This document shows positions 17,511 through 30,520 of a DNA stretch of 64,000 bases, one piece after another. This DNA is from Phoronis australis (taxonomy: Eukaryota > Animalia > Phoronida). The notes under the pieces were generated by a model. The model saw only the letters and a list, made by a program, of their open reading frames with translations, ran no database searches and was not told where the DNA came from. Both the position numbers and the translations under genes were made by a program. Numbering within the stretch: position 1 is the stretch's first letter; each line of letters begins with the position of its first letter. The stretch lies in NCBI GenBank assembly GCA_002633005.1, contig NMRA01000035.1, forward strand, positions 662,863-726,862, written 5' to 3'.

Positions 17511-19760
17511 TGATAACGAAATTTTCCTAAAATAACGCGAAAATGTGAAGCACAAACAAGAGGATATGTCTACCCGATGGAAAAAAAGTGCGTGCATTTC
17601 GTCCTTCACGCTAATACGTCACGAAGGATGGCCAAAAACAATTAAGCCAGCGGCTAATTAAATTAACTGCAGTAGCATTCCATTATTCCAGTATGGCTCA
17701 AATTGTCGATTCCAAATCTCAGTATACTTGAAAATGGTACATTGTGCTGAAGTTTCGGTAAAAACTGAGATTAAGTTAGATCGGTCAGTAATCGGAAGGT
17801 CTCTCATTACTCACTTAATATACTAGTGAAATAAAGTAATTAAGTTGTTGTCGGAATGGACTTCATTGGTGTCGGTTTGGTTTTATTCTTATTTTATCGT
17901 ACTTTGAAATTGTCCGGTTTTTTATGAACCCGCCGAACTCAATAAAACATGCTTTCCATAACATGGTATAACCTTTAACAGACGCAAGCCAGACCCAAAA
18001 AGATGTCGTTTAGCCACCGCAGTGCTTGGCTATTTCGTACTGATGGAAACATTAGGCAGTGGACACGCAAACATTTAAAGGGAACCCGATAGTAGGCAAG
18101 TTCCACGAAAAAGTCAAGCTTTCGTAGGATTAAGGCCATGAAAAAGTAATTTCCAGAACAGCACTACGTATAATCACCTTCTTTTGAAGTACCCCCTCCC
18201 GTACTAACGCGTTCAAAGGTAGAACAGTATGATTATAGCTGACCAAAGTCTCAGTTGACGTTTTGACCCAGAACAGAAAAGTTTGACCAAGGTGAGCGCG
18301 CTGCATAGTGTGGATACACACCTTGCCTTGGTAACATTCAGTCAGGCTTCAGTTTATCTTTCAAGTTATCGATCGTGGTGGATCGCGGTTTCGTTCGTAA
18401 AGAAAATACTTTGTTGCTTTACTTCGTTAGTCAAAACTGATGGCGATGTGCGCTGCACACGCGCAGTCTTGTTTTGTAAATTAGTGTTCACCTCGGCGCG
18501 TATCTACCTGATTTCTTCATGTTTCTCAATAAAATCCTAATTCTATGCAATATGTGTAATTCTCGAATTGACTGACTGGTGTACAGTAGGAAGTTGTTTC
18601 CATGCAATGCATTGTCAACATGAGCAGCATGTATTGCTTGGCTAGATCGTCAGATATCGCTTTTACTTGTTTGCTCCCATTTTTCTAACAAACATTGCTT
18701 GTTCGTCTGACTCACCAGGGTCGCTGTGACCTACATTTGTAAACACCACGGGGTGTACATCTATATTTAGTTATTGCCATTTCTAATCAGGGCAAGCAAA
18801 AATTTGCTTACACAAGTCAAGGAAAATGGCAGAGAAAAAGTGCTGATAGTGTCTCTAATATTTTCCTAGCAACCTGCAATTGAGTGCTACATTTTAGACT
18901 TATTAGTATACACGACAACATAAACAAATAAAAGTAATCAAAAATTAGAAAAAAATATATTGACCTTATTGCGTAATTTCGGCCAAAAACGAGTGATATT
19001 CATGTTGGGTTACAGCAACTGGGTCAATAAATTTCCAAGCTAATGTATACAGGATCAGTCCACTTGTGACAGAAGGGGTGACCGCAAGTAAAAAAGTATT
19101 TAAAGAGTATTTTGGAGAAGTTTAATAAAACGAAGTCATGTAGATTAAAACATACACATTGGTGACTGACTTTTGTTCACAATAACTCAAAATTTTACGC
19201 TAGTATAAATAATTTTGAAAATAAATGACCATCACTCATCCCTATCCAACTCCAAGTCCTTCACTGACAACTGCAAAGCAACGATTGCCTCGACACCACA
19301 CTGAGTTTTGCAGCCCTGTCGAAGATTGTTCTCCCTTGCAGTAACTTTCAGTTGCTTGCACCCCGATCCACTGGCTTTGCAGGAAGAAGACATTGTCCTG
19401 CAATTAATCTAATCCCGAGTGTTTTCCTTTCCTCAAGTTCTGCTTGACCGAATTCACGATGGGTCGATCATGAAACTCATCTTGCACGAAAACCGGCAAA
19501 TTTTGATGAAAATTTCACGAGCTATCCAGCCGTGGAGAAGGTGATGTTTTTCAAAATGAAATAAATAAGGCTTAAAATAAATTTTGCCTGTTTTAAAACC
19601 ATGTTTTGTGAAGTGAAATGAATAAATAATCCTAATCTGCAATAAAAAATTTTGACCTAACTTTCACCGAAAGCGACTGTTTGCAGTAACCTGGTTCCCG
19701 GGACTCACAAGCTGACGTCAAGGATGGCTTGTACCAATCTCGTGGGTTTGTGCAGGAGAC

Positions 19761-19815
19761 TACTGTTTGCAGTAGCCTCGTCACTGTTTGCAGTAGCCTC
19801 GTCACTGTTTGCAGT
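19761..19815. repeat. 21-bp tandem repeat, ~2.7 units (ACTGTTTGCAGTAGCCTCGTC)
   Basis: Directly visible; a related copy lies at 19676. Confidence 0.85.
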
Positions 19816-21875
19816 CTATTCAGGAAATACGATTCGCGACGTAAGACTCATTTTGTCGTGCTGGGTCACATATGCGCTAACTGCGAAGCGATACCGAAGC
19901 TAGTTTACAGTAAAACAACACGTGTAGGTGAGATAAAAGGTCATATATATTATGACAAACTAAACTACTACAGATATTGATAAATACAACAGTTATATAT
20001 GTTGAACTGTAAAAGGACAATCGAAAAGTAGGTCATGGTGCTCCATATCTGCCTCCATGTAAATTACCCGATTTCAGACTTCAGAGTTAACTATAAGACA
20101 ATTTTGTGTTATAAATCGTTACCTTAGTCTTTATTTGTAAGTTTGTAAAGTTTGTAATCTTTTTGTCTCGAATTATCGCTGATAAATCATTTATTGTAAG
20201 CTTTTTTTAGCGCACGAAAAAGTGCCTCTTGTTCCTCCTGTCCAAAAGAGCGCTATACTCTCGAATACAAACATGATGTAGTTTAGACGCGTGCGCATCT
20301 CCTCAAGTTGTTTTCTCGAAGTCAAGGCCAAGTTGTTTTCATGGCGAGTTTTCGATCGTCCGGAAGGCCTAATTTTGATCGGTCGGGAGATTGATGTTTT
20401 TCCAGTTGCGCAATATGCCCCCCCCCCCCGATTTTTAGATAATTTATTACTCTTTTAATTGGTAATTATTTCTTTTTCAGAAGTTCTGTCAAACTGCTGT
20501 GCATTGACACTTTTCATACAGCAGTCGTTAGTTCACTTAGTCGCATCATAGACCAATGTTGTCTTGTGGTTTGATGTGAAATTTCCTCCTAGTCCTAGCT
20601 CAGATGTATTTGTTTCTGAGCTGATGTGTTGTTTTTTGCTCTTTACCTTTTAAGCTGTGTAATTCATTGTTTTCATCAAACATGAGGTTGATGATGAGCC
20701 TGTTCCATATGCTAACAACACATTTAAACAGCAATATCTCTGTAGAAATCGATCCAAATTTTATATAATACACACCACCATGTTTGTCTTAATGAGACAA
20801 TTTTTTTTATATGCAGCACATGTATATTCTTTTATTTTTTTACGAAATTTTGTAAAAAGGCAGATATTTTATGCATAATCGTCGCGTTTCAACGGCCATT
20901 TTCTCGGTAACCGATCACCCAATTTTTCTGATTTTGCATCATTTCATTTCTCGCACCAAGGGCTTTTCAAAAATGTATGACATATGGGTATTGCAAAAAA
21001 ATTTAAAAAACGTTGACCTCCCTAGTAAAGGTAGGTGACAATCTGACACTGATGCAGCAGAAGAATGCATCCACCGACCCAGGGCCAGCGCAGAGACTGT
21101 GTACGAAGTATCCCTGGTTCTGGTTGATGGAAAAGCGAAATAACTGCGGAAAATTAACCAATTTTGAATTTATTTTGATTGCCTCGGGTAATATTTTCCG
21201 TTGTTGAGATATCCTCCAATTTTACAGCTTATCCATCATTGTAGCGTTTCTCTTGTGAAAATCTGCTTAGCTTTGTTTCGCGTAAGCAATAGCATATTAC
21301 TGAGAAAGAGGATTTCTCTGAATTTTTGAGGCTAAAAAAGCCACCAACTCTTTACCCAGCGGATCTGTGATAGGTATGCCTATACGATGTATTACATGAC
21401 GAGAGGGTCTGCTTGTTTGACAATACCCCGACTAATGCCATAGCAGCGACTCAACGGCTCTGAACTCTTCTGGTTCGTGTAATTGGCCATAGATGTGGCG
21501 ACGAGTAGCTTAGCATTGACGCCGACTAGCCATCCCAACAAGGCACAGGTTCGGTCCCTTATCACATTATTTTCATGTGGGTGTCAACTTGGTAACGACC
21601 ACACATTTATAATCTCACTATCCATATGTACTTTGCTCGTGTTAGTTCGGGCAAAGAACATCTTTGCCTTGGGACCCTTCCTCCCGAGACCCCTGTGTCA
21701 GACGAGCATTGTTTCCGTGTGCGCAACTTCTCTAGGAGGAGGGGTCGAATATTAAAAAAGCAGGTGGGGCAAAGAGAATATTGGGTGTAATCTGAAAAAG
21801 TGTCCCCGATATTGAAGCAGCGATAAAAACCCGCCTGCCATCACAAACACCAACTTTTGACTTGATTGTTTAATG

Positions 21876-22430
21876 TGTAACGGGAATCGGTGGAGCGACC
21901 AGCACCGATCTACCTAGTTTCTAAAATGTCGACTGTTCGTAGCCGATAAAAATATTTGCAGCGTTGTGTACTTTTTCACTCGTTCGAATCGCATACGAGA
22001 GAACCATGGTCACAACTTATAGAGAGTGAAACAAGAGAGAAGTAGATAAATATACTGAATTTTATTATGCAATATATATGAAACACAGATCTACAAACTT
22101 ACAACTCATCGCTAACTTCCGTCGACATCGCAGCTTTAACTTTTAGCCCAAAGAATTTATAAACAAGAAGAATTCGCTAAAAACGTCAAAGTCCAAATTT
22201 AAAAGGCCCAAACAGTTAGGTTGTTTGGTTGGGATTCCTTGCGGATAGATTCCAGACCCGGCAAAATCCGAAGTTTTAGTGTGAGGGGCCCATTTTTATA
22301 GGCTTATTCGCACCGCGAACGTTCCAAATTACGCTAAAATAGGGGTCTCAAGATAAATGTGAAAACCAATCAGAATAGAACTAAAAATTTCGTCATCGGA
22401 AGTTCCATATAAGGAATTGACCATCTTACA
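21876..22430 (-). mobile_element. Possible solo LTR
   Basis: TGTAA...TTACA ends. On the minus strand the order is enhancer-like motifs, TATAAAA (~22293-22299), then AATAAA (~22061-22066). No target-site duplication was found. Confidence 0.4.
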
Positions 22431-22932
22431 CCCCTTTAAAATATAATAACACACTCTAGCTTCTGAGACTAAACTGACGACTCGTCCTCACTCACGGCTC
22501 CATCAATAGACGGCGCTCCCGTCACAAATGCAATGAATTTGATCTCAAATTGTTTCTTGGAAAAATGTGTAGTTTTGGGCTTGGAAAGAGCTGACGGTTT
22601 ATTACTGCTTGAAACCAGGCTCTATACTTGTCATGGGGTATCTGACTTTATTCACCGAGTACGGTCTCGAAGAATAACAAGTTATCAGTTCTTTGCAATG
22701 CCAAAATCACTTTACTTCTCTTTTGGGTACGGAACAAGTGGTCTGTATTATAGGTCAGTTTCTTTGACGGAACAAGGGTTTATAGCAGTGAAATGGGGGA
22801 ATAGCGTTAAAGAGGGGAAAATTTTTATGCGAATGGGCTAAGAAAGGTAGGAGCCTTGTACAAGCGGATTTTCTCATTTCGTCGCTTTTCAAAAAAAGGT
22901 AAAAAAAATTTATTCCAGCTCGAAGAATTGAG

Positions 22933-25900
22933 ATGCCTTCCTACGAACTTGTTTACTTCAACTTTAAGGGACGTGCCGAAGTCGCAAGATGTCTATTTGC
23001 TCTCGCCGATGTGGAATATAAAGACACGCGAGTCGATGGAGAAGAATTTAAAAAAATGAAGCCTGGTTTGTTGCATCAAAGTGCTCTGGTGTGCCGCTCT
23101 AGCGTACCATTCCTGCAAAACGACTGTCACATCATTTGTTCTTTTACTGAAAGAGTCATAATCAATTTCACGACACAAAATGCAGGATTACTGTTGGATG
23201 AAAAAGATTTCTTGAAATTATTAGCTTTGACCAGGGACCTGTGTCTTATTTTCCCACGAGCTTCACGATATGGCTGAAAAGGGTTTAGTCAAGTAATTAT
23301 GAGCTTATCAGTTAAGAAATAATTTATAGAAATTATTGCACTAACCAGCAGTTATGTGTATATTCTAAGAGACTTTGCTCATTTGCTCAAGTGAGATTTA
23401 ATTATTTTTCAGAAATAGTTCCGTGGAGTACGGTGACCCAAAGATGATATCGTGTGTTTCTTTTTTAATTATCTCAGGATCTTGAGATCCCGACTTAATT
23501 ATCTCGGGATCTCAAGATCCCGATTTAATTATCTCGGGATCTCATCCCATAAACATCAGACAAGTAAATCTGTTGCGGCTGATAAATCTAAGCTCTCTCC
23601 TTTCCTCAGACCATGTTATCTGGATTGTTGACAGATGGAAGTTCTAAACATAAGCGTTGTCATTGAAAATCACCTGAATTACCTTTAGCCTACCCATTTT
23701 GTCCAGATTACACAAGGTGCACAACAAATCAACGATACCTTGCTTTGGGTTTTCTCATTTGTGCACTGTCCATTTCCCGAAAGTAGGACTAGTCAACATT
23801 TTGTATAAGACAGGTAAATTAAAAGTGTCATTTCCAAATTTGCATCCTGGTGCTACTGCCTGGAATTCTCAGCAATAACAATTCTTACTCATAACTGCAT
23901 ATCTAATGTGAATTTGCTGTCAAGTGCCAGACATTCCATTGCTTTTTTAAAAGTTCTCAAAGCACGTTTATTCCATTGCAGATTTAGTGTTTGGCGTGGT
24001 GCCTGAGCTCAGAGTCGATGGTGACTTCCGCTTGTGCCAAAGCGGAACAATAAACAGATATCTGGCGGAAGAGTTCGGTATGGGCATATAGGAAATGTTT
24101 TCAGTTGTCCTGCTGATTAAAATAGTAACTTAATTGAATTGACATCGTACTGTCACCTAGGTAATAAAATATCTTCGCTTGCAAGGGTCAAATTTCTTAA
24201 CTAACTTTATTTCTTAATAGTAGACCCATAAAACTAAATGTAAGTTTTAAGTCCTTGATGATCACTGAATCTTATGTGTACTAAAATAATTCCTAGGTGT
24301 TGGTAATTTTGTGACTGAGTTTTTTTCTAAAAAATATCAATTTTTCACGGAGATCGTCGTAATTTCCATAAACAAGAAATTTTCCGCACAGAACTTGTAA
24401 ATTCTGTCTCCAAATATTCAAACTTAATTCAATTAGACACAAAAGCATGTCTCAGTGAGATTTCCTTTGAAGGGATTGTTCTGAAACCCCCTCGACCCTC
24501 ACACCCTCGACCTACGATCCCCACGACCCAGTCTATACATAAGCTCGACTCGATCTGAAGATAGAACAAGCGCTGACTTGCAGGACCAATGAGTTGGGCT
24601 GTGAGCCCGGCTGGCTTTTCCCTGTTTTTTTGTAATTAAGGCAGTCTATTCGGCAAGTTTGAAAGTCAAAAACAGAAAAACAACGTGACCAAGTCAAATG
24701 AAAGACCTACCAACCTTACAAATGTTCCCTGCAAAGTGAAATCGTCTCGTCTGCTCTTCAGTGAATTGCAGAGTGCAAGGAGCCGTCAAAACTGTAATTT
24801 CACCAGTAAATACAGTTTGAAAAAACAAACTTTTAACTAAAAAGATTTCAGCGTTACATGGAGTATATTGTGAACGAGTATACAATATAAAGCAAATAAT
24901 AATAATATGAAATTAAGTACATTCAAACGGTTACCGTACTCTCTCCCTAAGTAATAAGCTCACTCATACCTCTATTGCCACAGGTCGTGGGTGGAGGGGG
25001 TCGTGGGTTGAGGCGGCCGAGGGGTGTGGGAGTCTGGGGGGTTTCAGAACAATCCCCTTTAAAGGTTTTGATCCCGAAAACTGCTGTCAAAATGAATACG
25101 TCAACATTAATTGAACAAAACGTAAGTCTTTGATTTGTGACATCCAAGTTCTCGTGCTAAAATGAAAATCCCAGATGCGCTTTTGTAGCTAAGAACAAAG
25201 ACAGAGATTTGCAAATTTTGTGTGAATGTGGTGGGAAGTGCAGCGGCCTTCATGAAATGTAACGATTGTTGAGAAGAAAACGCAAGCCTGTCATTACGAA
25301 CACCTAGACGTTGCTTTCGTGCACATAATAAAATAATCTAATCATCAGGGATTTTAAAAATATGTCATTTTATGAGTCTATTAATAATACTTTTAAAAAG
25401 GTATTTAAGAAAGTCTACCCTTGCTACCAAAGGTATCCTACGACCAGCGCCTATGAACCTCACTTTCCGACACAAAATCAGCTTTTGATTGAGACTATTT
25501 ACTGTTATGAAACTCGTCTCAAATTATTCCTTTGTCAAACAGATGTGATTTGTGGTCTTGGAAAGAAATGACAGTTGGTTATTGCTTGAGATGAGGCACT
25601 ACAGTGACGGATTTAGAGGGGGTCAAGGGGCCAAGCCCCCCCCCCTAAAATTCTCCAAGATTCCATGTGGCAGTTCGGGAGTGGGAATGTCTGACAGGCA
25701 AAATCCTGGCTAATACTCTGCCCTGCCCCCCCAACTCAAAATCCTGTATCCGCCCCTGCTACAAGTTGGCGCATCACGGCGTGTTAGTTTATTCTACACG
25801 CATAGTCTCGACCATTAAGTAACTGTCAGTTATTTGCAAGTACAGAACAAGTAGAGGCCAATTTAATCAGCAACAAGTGATCAAAATCAAAAAGTAGTGT

Positions 25901-27571
25901 CTTCGACAGAAAGTGGGATTGAGTTCCGTAGGCTCAAGAATCTCTCTCGAAGGTTAGCAGCTTGTAATGCGTGCTGACTTGCGTGATCTTGCGTGAAAAC
26001 GCGGTCTTCGTGTCAAGGGAACGCACACCTGGTTTATAGCCAACTATATTAGGACGCACAGTTTGAGATCCCTCAGATTTATACAGGAACGAACGGATTT
26101 TTTTCCATATAATACTGATCTCAAGGTTAAATAAATTTAAATGTCCCTTTCGACATTACAGAGTCTATTGACTTGTTTTCTTGTCTAGAACATGATCCAT
26201 GCTGCACACGAGACTCGTAAATTACGGCTTTTCGTTTTACTTCAGGTCTGATGGGGAACACCAAGAAAGAGCGCTTCTACGTGGACATGATTGTAGGGTG
26301 TTTTGATGACATCCTTGAGCCTCTTGTAGCGATATTTTTCGAACAAAATGAATCATGGAAGGTGTGACTTCAAACTCTCTTCTAAATGCTGTCTTAATGT
26401 CGTGTCTTTAATTGAAAGATTTTCTTGCTCTGAGAGAATTGCACAACGGCGTGACAAATAAATGTGACAAGTGCGAATTCAGTGAACAAAAGATCGTGGA
26501 ACCGTAAAAAACTTTCAACGAAGCTGGTGGATTAGGCCAAAAAAGTTTAGTTGGTTCAGCTTTTAGTTTTTTGAATATCAAGTTGGTGGTGTGGTATTCC
26601 TTTTGGTCCTCGCTTCTTCAAAAAGAGAAAACCCTCCTGAGAGGAGCAAAAATGACGTGGGACTTGTTTGTATTTTATACTCTACCGCTTGGCAAATGAT
26701 AAGTTTCAAACTTTACTTATCCTTGACTATGTGCCCTTGTGCAACTTTTCAAAAAAAATAAATGCGGTCCGGTGTTTTTTTTTTTCTTTATTCAGTGATC
26801 GAAGGTCTCAAAGTGAGACCAGAACAAACTTATGGCCGAACGGGTTGTTATTTAGGTTAAACGATTGGTGTTGCTTCCACAGGCGGATTTAACGGCGAAA
26901 TACAAAGAGAAGTTGCCAAACTATTTGGTTATGTTAGAAACTATTCTTTCGAAAAACGACGACGGCAGCAGCTGGTTTGTTGGGAATTCTGTAAGTAAAC
27001 TTTTAGAATCAATGAAGACTCATTGTTGTGAGAGATTGGGAGTGTGACATCGACTGCGGCTTCGAAAGTGTGTTATGATCTGGAATTTTTTGTCACGACT
27101 TTTGATAGAGATCTTTCTTCTTGAATTGATTAGTTTTGGTTCAATGATTCACAGGACGATCGGCCTGTGCGCCTGGTTTTTTGACAAAACATTCGTCTGC
27201 CATCTACACACTGAATCCGATATTTGAGAGTAACTTTTCTCACTTTAGGACATCGATTTCACACGAGTCGAGAAACATCTGCAAGTGTGTTGGGCGTGTA
27301 AGTTATTTTTGATGAAAAAACATTGCATACACCCATCACATTCGTTTGCCTCAACGAGCATCAATTATTCGAGTTTGTGGTTTACATTATGCAATCTACA
27401 TTTCAGCCAACTCTTGCCGACGTTTACGTTGCCAATGGTCTGTCTATGTTGCAAGGTGATTTGGCGGAATTCGTCGAGAAATGTCCGAAACTCGTTGCCC
27501 ATGGTCAGCGCTTTAGGGACATACCAAAGATTGCCGATTGGATTAAGAAAAGACCGGTCACAGATCATTAA
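22933..27571 (+). CDS. Glutathione S-transferase, sigma class (HPGDS/S-crystallin-like), 205 aa
   Basis: Exons 22933-23065, 23982-24077, 26246-26361, 26883-26990 and 27407-27571 join in frame: [16 protein letters not shown]...[11 protein letters not shown]...[11 protein letters not shown]...WFVGNSPTLADV...[15 protein letters not shown]. Confidence 0.95.
23463..23545. repeat. ~30-bp tandem repeat with an internal dyad (TTAATTATCTCGGGATCTCAAGATCCCGA), ~3 units
   Basis: Directly visible; the internal GGGATCT/AGATCCC is palindromic. Confidence 0.8.
24472..25057. mobile_element. MITE with terminal inverted repeats in GST intron 2
   Basis: GGGATTGTTCTGAAACCCC at 24472 is inverted as GGGGTTTCAGAACAATCCC at ~25038-25056, with C-rich and G-rich subterminal arms. 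Confidence 0.75.
25602..25758 (+). mobile_element. Short MITE (family B), full length
   Basis: TIRs CAGTGACGGAT/ATCCGCCCCTG; homologous to the copies at 9168 and 48347. Confidence 0.8.
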
Positions 27572-29768
27572 AATAAGATGCTTCTACACACAGATGCTTT
27601 GGAACTTATTCTTATGAGCAAGTGGCTTCTGTTGATGACCAATAATATTTTTGTTACCTCAGTGCATATTTTAATCAACGTTTAAGTTTACTTAGGCGTA
27701 GCAAAGAACATCAGCGTTTATGTTTAAGGAGCGAATTTAATTTTTTCGGCAGGTATTCGCCAACTTTTTGGCGAAGCGTCGAAGTCAACTTTATTTGACA
27801 AATACAAATTTGGAAATGTCAATTGAGTTAGGACGTGATATTTATCTAATCAAGAGCATTCCATACATATGGAATGAGCAGGTATTCTATCGCCACAACA
27901 CAAATGATTTGATTTTACCACGTGCGCACGTGCTTATTTGCATACACAGTACTTACGACCCTGCGTTTCTTTTGTTTTTATTTTCTTCAGGACGTGTGCT
28001 TAATGTGGCCATCACATTTTCTTATTTTTTTCATCAATGACCCACCCTATTCGCGGCTAACTATGAAATTGGTCACACAAAGCATGCAATACCTGATGCT
28101 TTGCCTTGTCGCTTTGACAATGACCTTTGCCGCAACAAAAAGCGTGTGCGCCACAAATTAATGTCTGCAGCGGGTACTGACGAATCATCTCGTGGGTAGT
28201 TTAACTATAATCAAGTAAACACAAGGCGACTGGAACAGTGATCGTACAATTTGACTTCTGGTGATAAGAACAAAGGAATGCTGAGAGCGTCACCTGGTGG
28301 TGAACATAGATAATACAACAGCTACCTAAAAGCAATAGGATTGTATCTTACAAAGCCACCTTTTGATTTACAGGTTTGCATATTTGAAAATAGTTGATTC
28401 CGTGCAAAGATCATCCTTCAATCCTGGAGGCCTACCTTTAAGCCAGCAAGACATTTCGACTATGCCATAAGATTCTTATTCAGGGTGGTTGCGCCTTAAC
28501 TTTTCAGATTTTACAAGTGGATGAAGGACAAATTTGGTTAAGTAAAAAAATTTTTTCCGTCACCTTTTAAGGTCAAGACAATGAGATGCACTACTCGACA
28601 CTACTTTCACTGAAATTAATCAAGCTGTCCTTAGATTTGCCTTTTCCACTTTATTCTAGAAACTCCCCCAAAACCTTGAACTGAAACAACTTAATAGTAA
28701 AGCATACATGAATAAATCTATATAACCAGTATAAAATCACTACTTCCTGTACCCAACTGGCTCTCTTACACCAAAGGCAAATAAGACAGTTGTCACTTGT
28801 CAGTGTACATAAGGATAAAATTGAATGTGGAATTGCTTTTAACCCACAAACAAAAAAATGGTCAAATAAAAAATCGATATGGAGAATACTCCAAGTGATC
28901 CCATCACAAGAAGCTTTTTATATTAAATTACACAATGTATCCTGAATGTAAATTTTTATTTAGCTTTAGAAACGGTTAAAATGACTATTACTTCACATAT
29001 AAATTAGAAAACCAAATTTATAACTGCAGCATACATATATTGTCTATACTTTAATAGCGAAAATTTGGATAATCATGCCATTTCTGATAATTACCACATC
29101 TGTCAATAAAATGGGCTTAACCTATTGACTTTATACAACAAATAAATACAGTTAACATGTAGAATCAAGCAACAGCAGCTACTGATGCAGCAAAAATGTA
29201 TTGGAATGAGCAGTGATGCAACAACCAAATAACAAAACAACAAAAAGACAATTGCACAGCTTTACCTGAATAAAAACATTTAACCTACCAAGTCAAACTC
29301 TAACTTGTAGGAAGGTAAAAATACTTGAAGGTTCTACATAAACACCACTTATTTGCTACCCAGACACTGATGAAATGCAGTTTTGTGCAATATCACAAGA
29401 TTTTCTCACTTGGCAAATTTGAAGGAAACCGGTTTACAATACGAATGAAATTACACTCCAGCTGCAGGTTTCAAAACTCACAATAAAATTCCAGTGAAAG
29501 ACACTTTTAAGACCAGGTTGCAGACGAAAATACAAATAAAATCTTTGAAAAGGGCATTCCCCTGAACTGATAGCCTAAAAATGTAATTAGTGGTCAAAAA
29601 TATTTCCTGATCACAACAGCAATTAATATCTAACCTCAAAATGGAGTGACCACCCATGATCCATTAGGAAGGGTCAGCCAACCCTTTAAAATCAATGGCT
29701 TTTTATACTCTTCACAAAAGCGGGCACTTTTTAGAACACAATATTCTTTAATTAAAAGATGGAAAGGG

Positions 29769-29838
29769 CATGGGCGACGCACCGTAGGGGGCTCAGGGGG
29801 GCCATAGCACCCACATTTTCAGTGCTGCGCCACCCATG
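29769..29838. mobile_element. 70-bp MITE with a 5-bp TSD
   Basis: CATGGG...CCCATG ends, flanked on both sides by AAGGG. Confidence 0.7.
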
Positions 29839-30520
29839 AAGGGTAGCACTGTCGTAACAAATTTATTTAAGGTCAAACTAAATCTTTGTACAGGACAACC
29901 ACAATACAACACAACATTTTAACTCATCAACATAATGCTAGAGACAGAACTAACAAATACTGTTTCAGCACGAGGCGTAAACCTCCTGCTTAACATCGCA
30001 GTGTAATCAAAATTCTTCAAACATATGCCCACGTGACCGTGGCCATTGTACGCAAGTTTAAGGAGGTGAAATCACAAGAAATACAATATGTTACAGCCAA
30101 ACTTGTATAAGTCTTACATGCAAAGGTGGAATTTTCACTAACACAAGTTCCAAGGGAAGGTTGTTCTTGTTCATGCATTTTGGCCTTCAGCTAATTTTGC
30201 CCAACTCTGATAAAAAATCTTGGCTCCTTGGATCTGACTTATGCAAGCTTTACAATAGCTCCATCATTGTAGTTCCCACCCATTTAGTGAACTGACACTA
30301 TTTCAACAATATTTTTTCTGAACTTATTCTAAATATTTCACAAAACAACTCAACTGCAATGCTTTTATAACAAATATTGCAATAACCGAATAAATGATGT
30401 GTTTTGCACTTGAACAACTTGTAAAATCTCAACACATAATAGTTAACAATTATCTCACATCTGACTTCAGGCACAATAAATAACACTACTGTACAACTAC
30501 CACTACGCCTCCTCCCCTCC

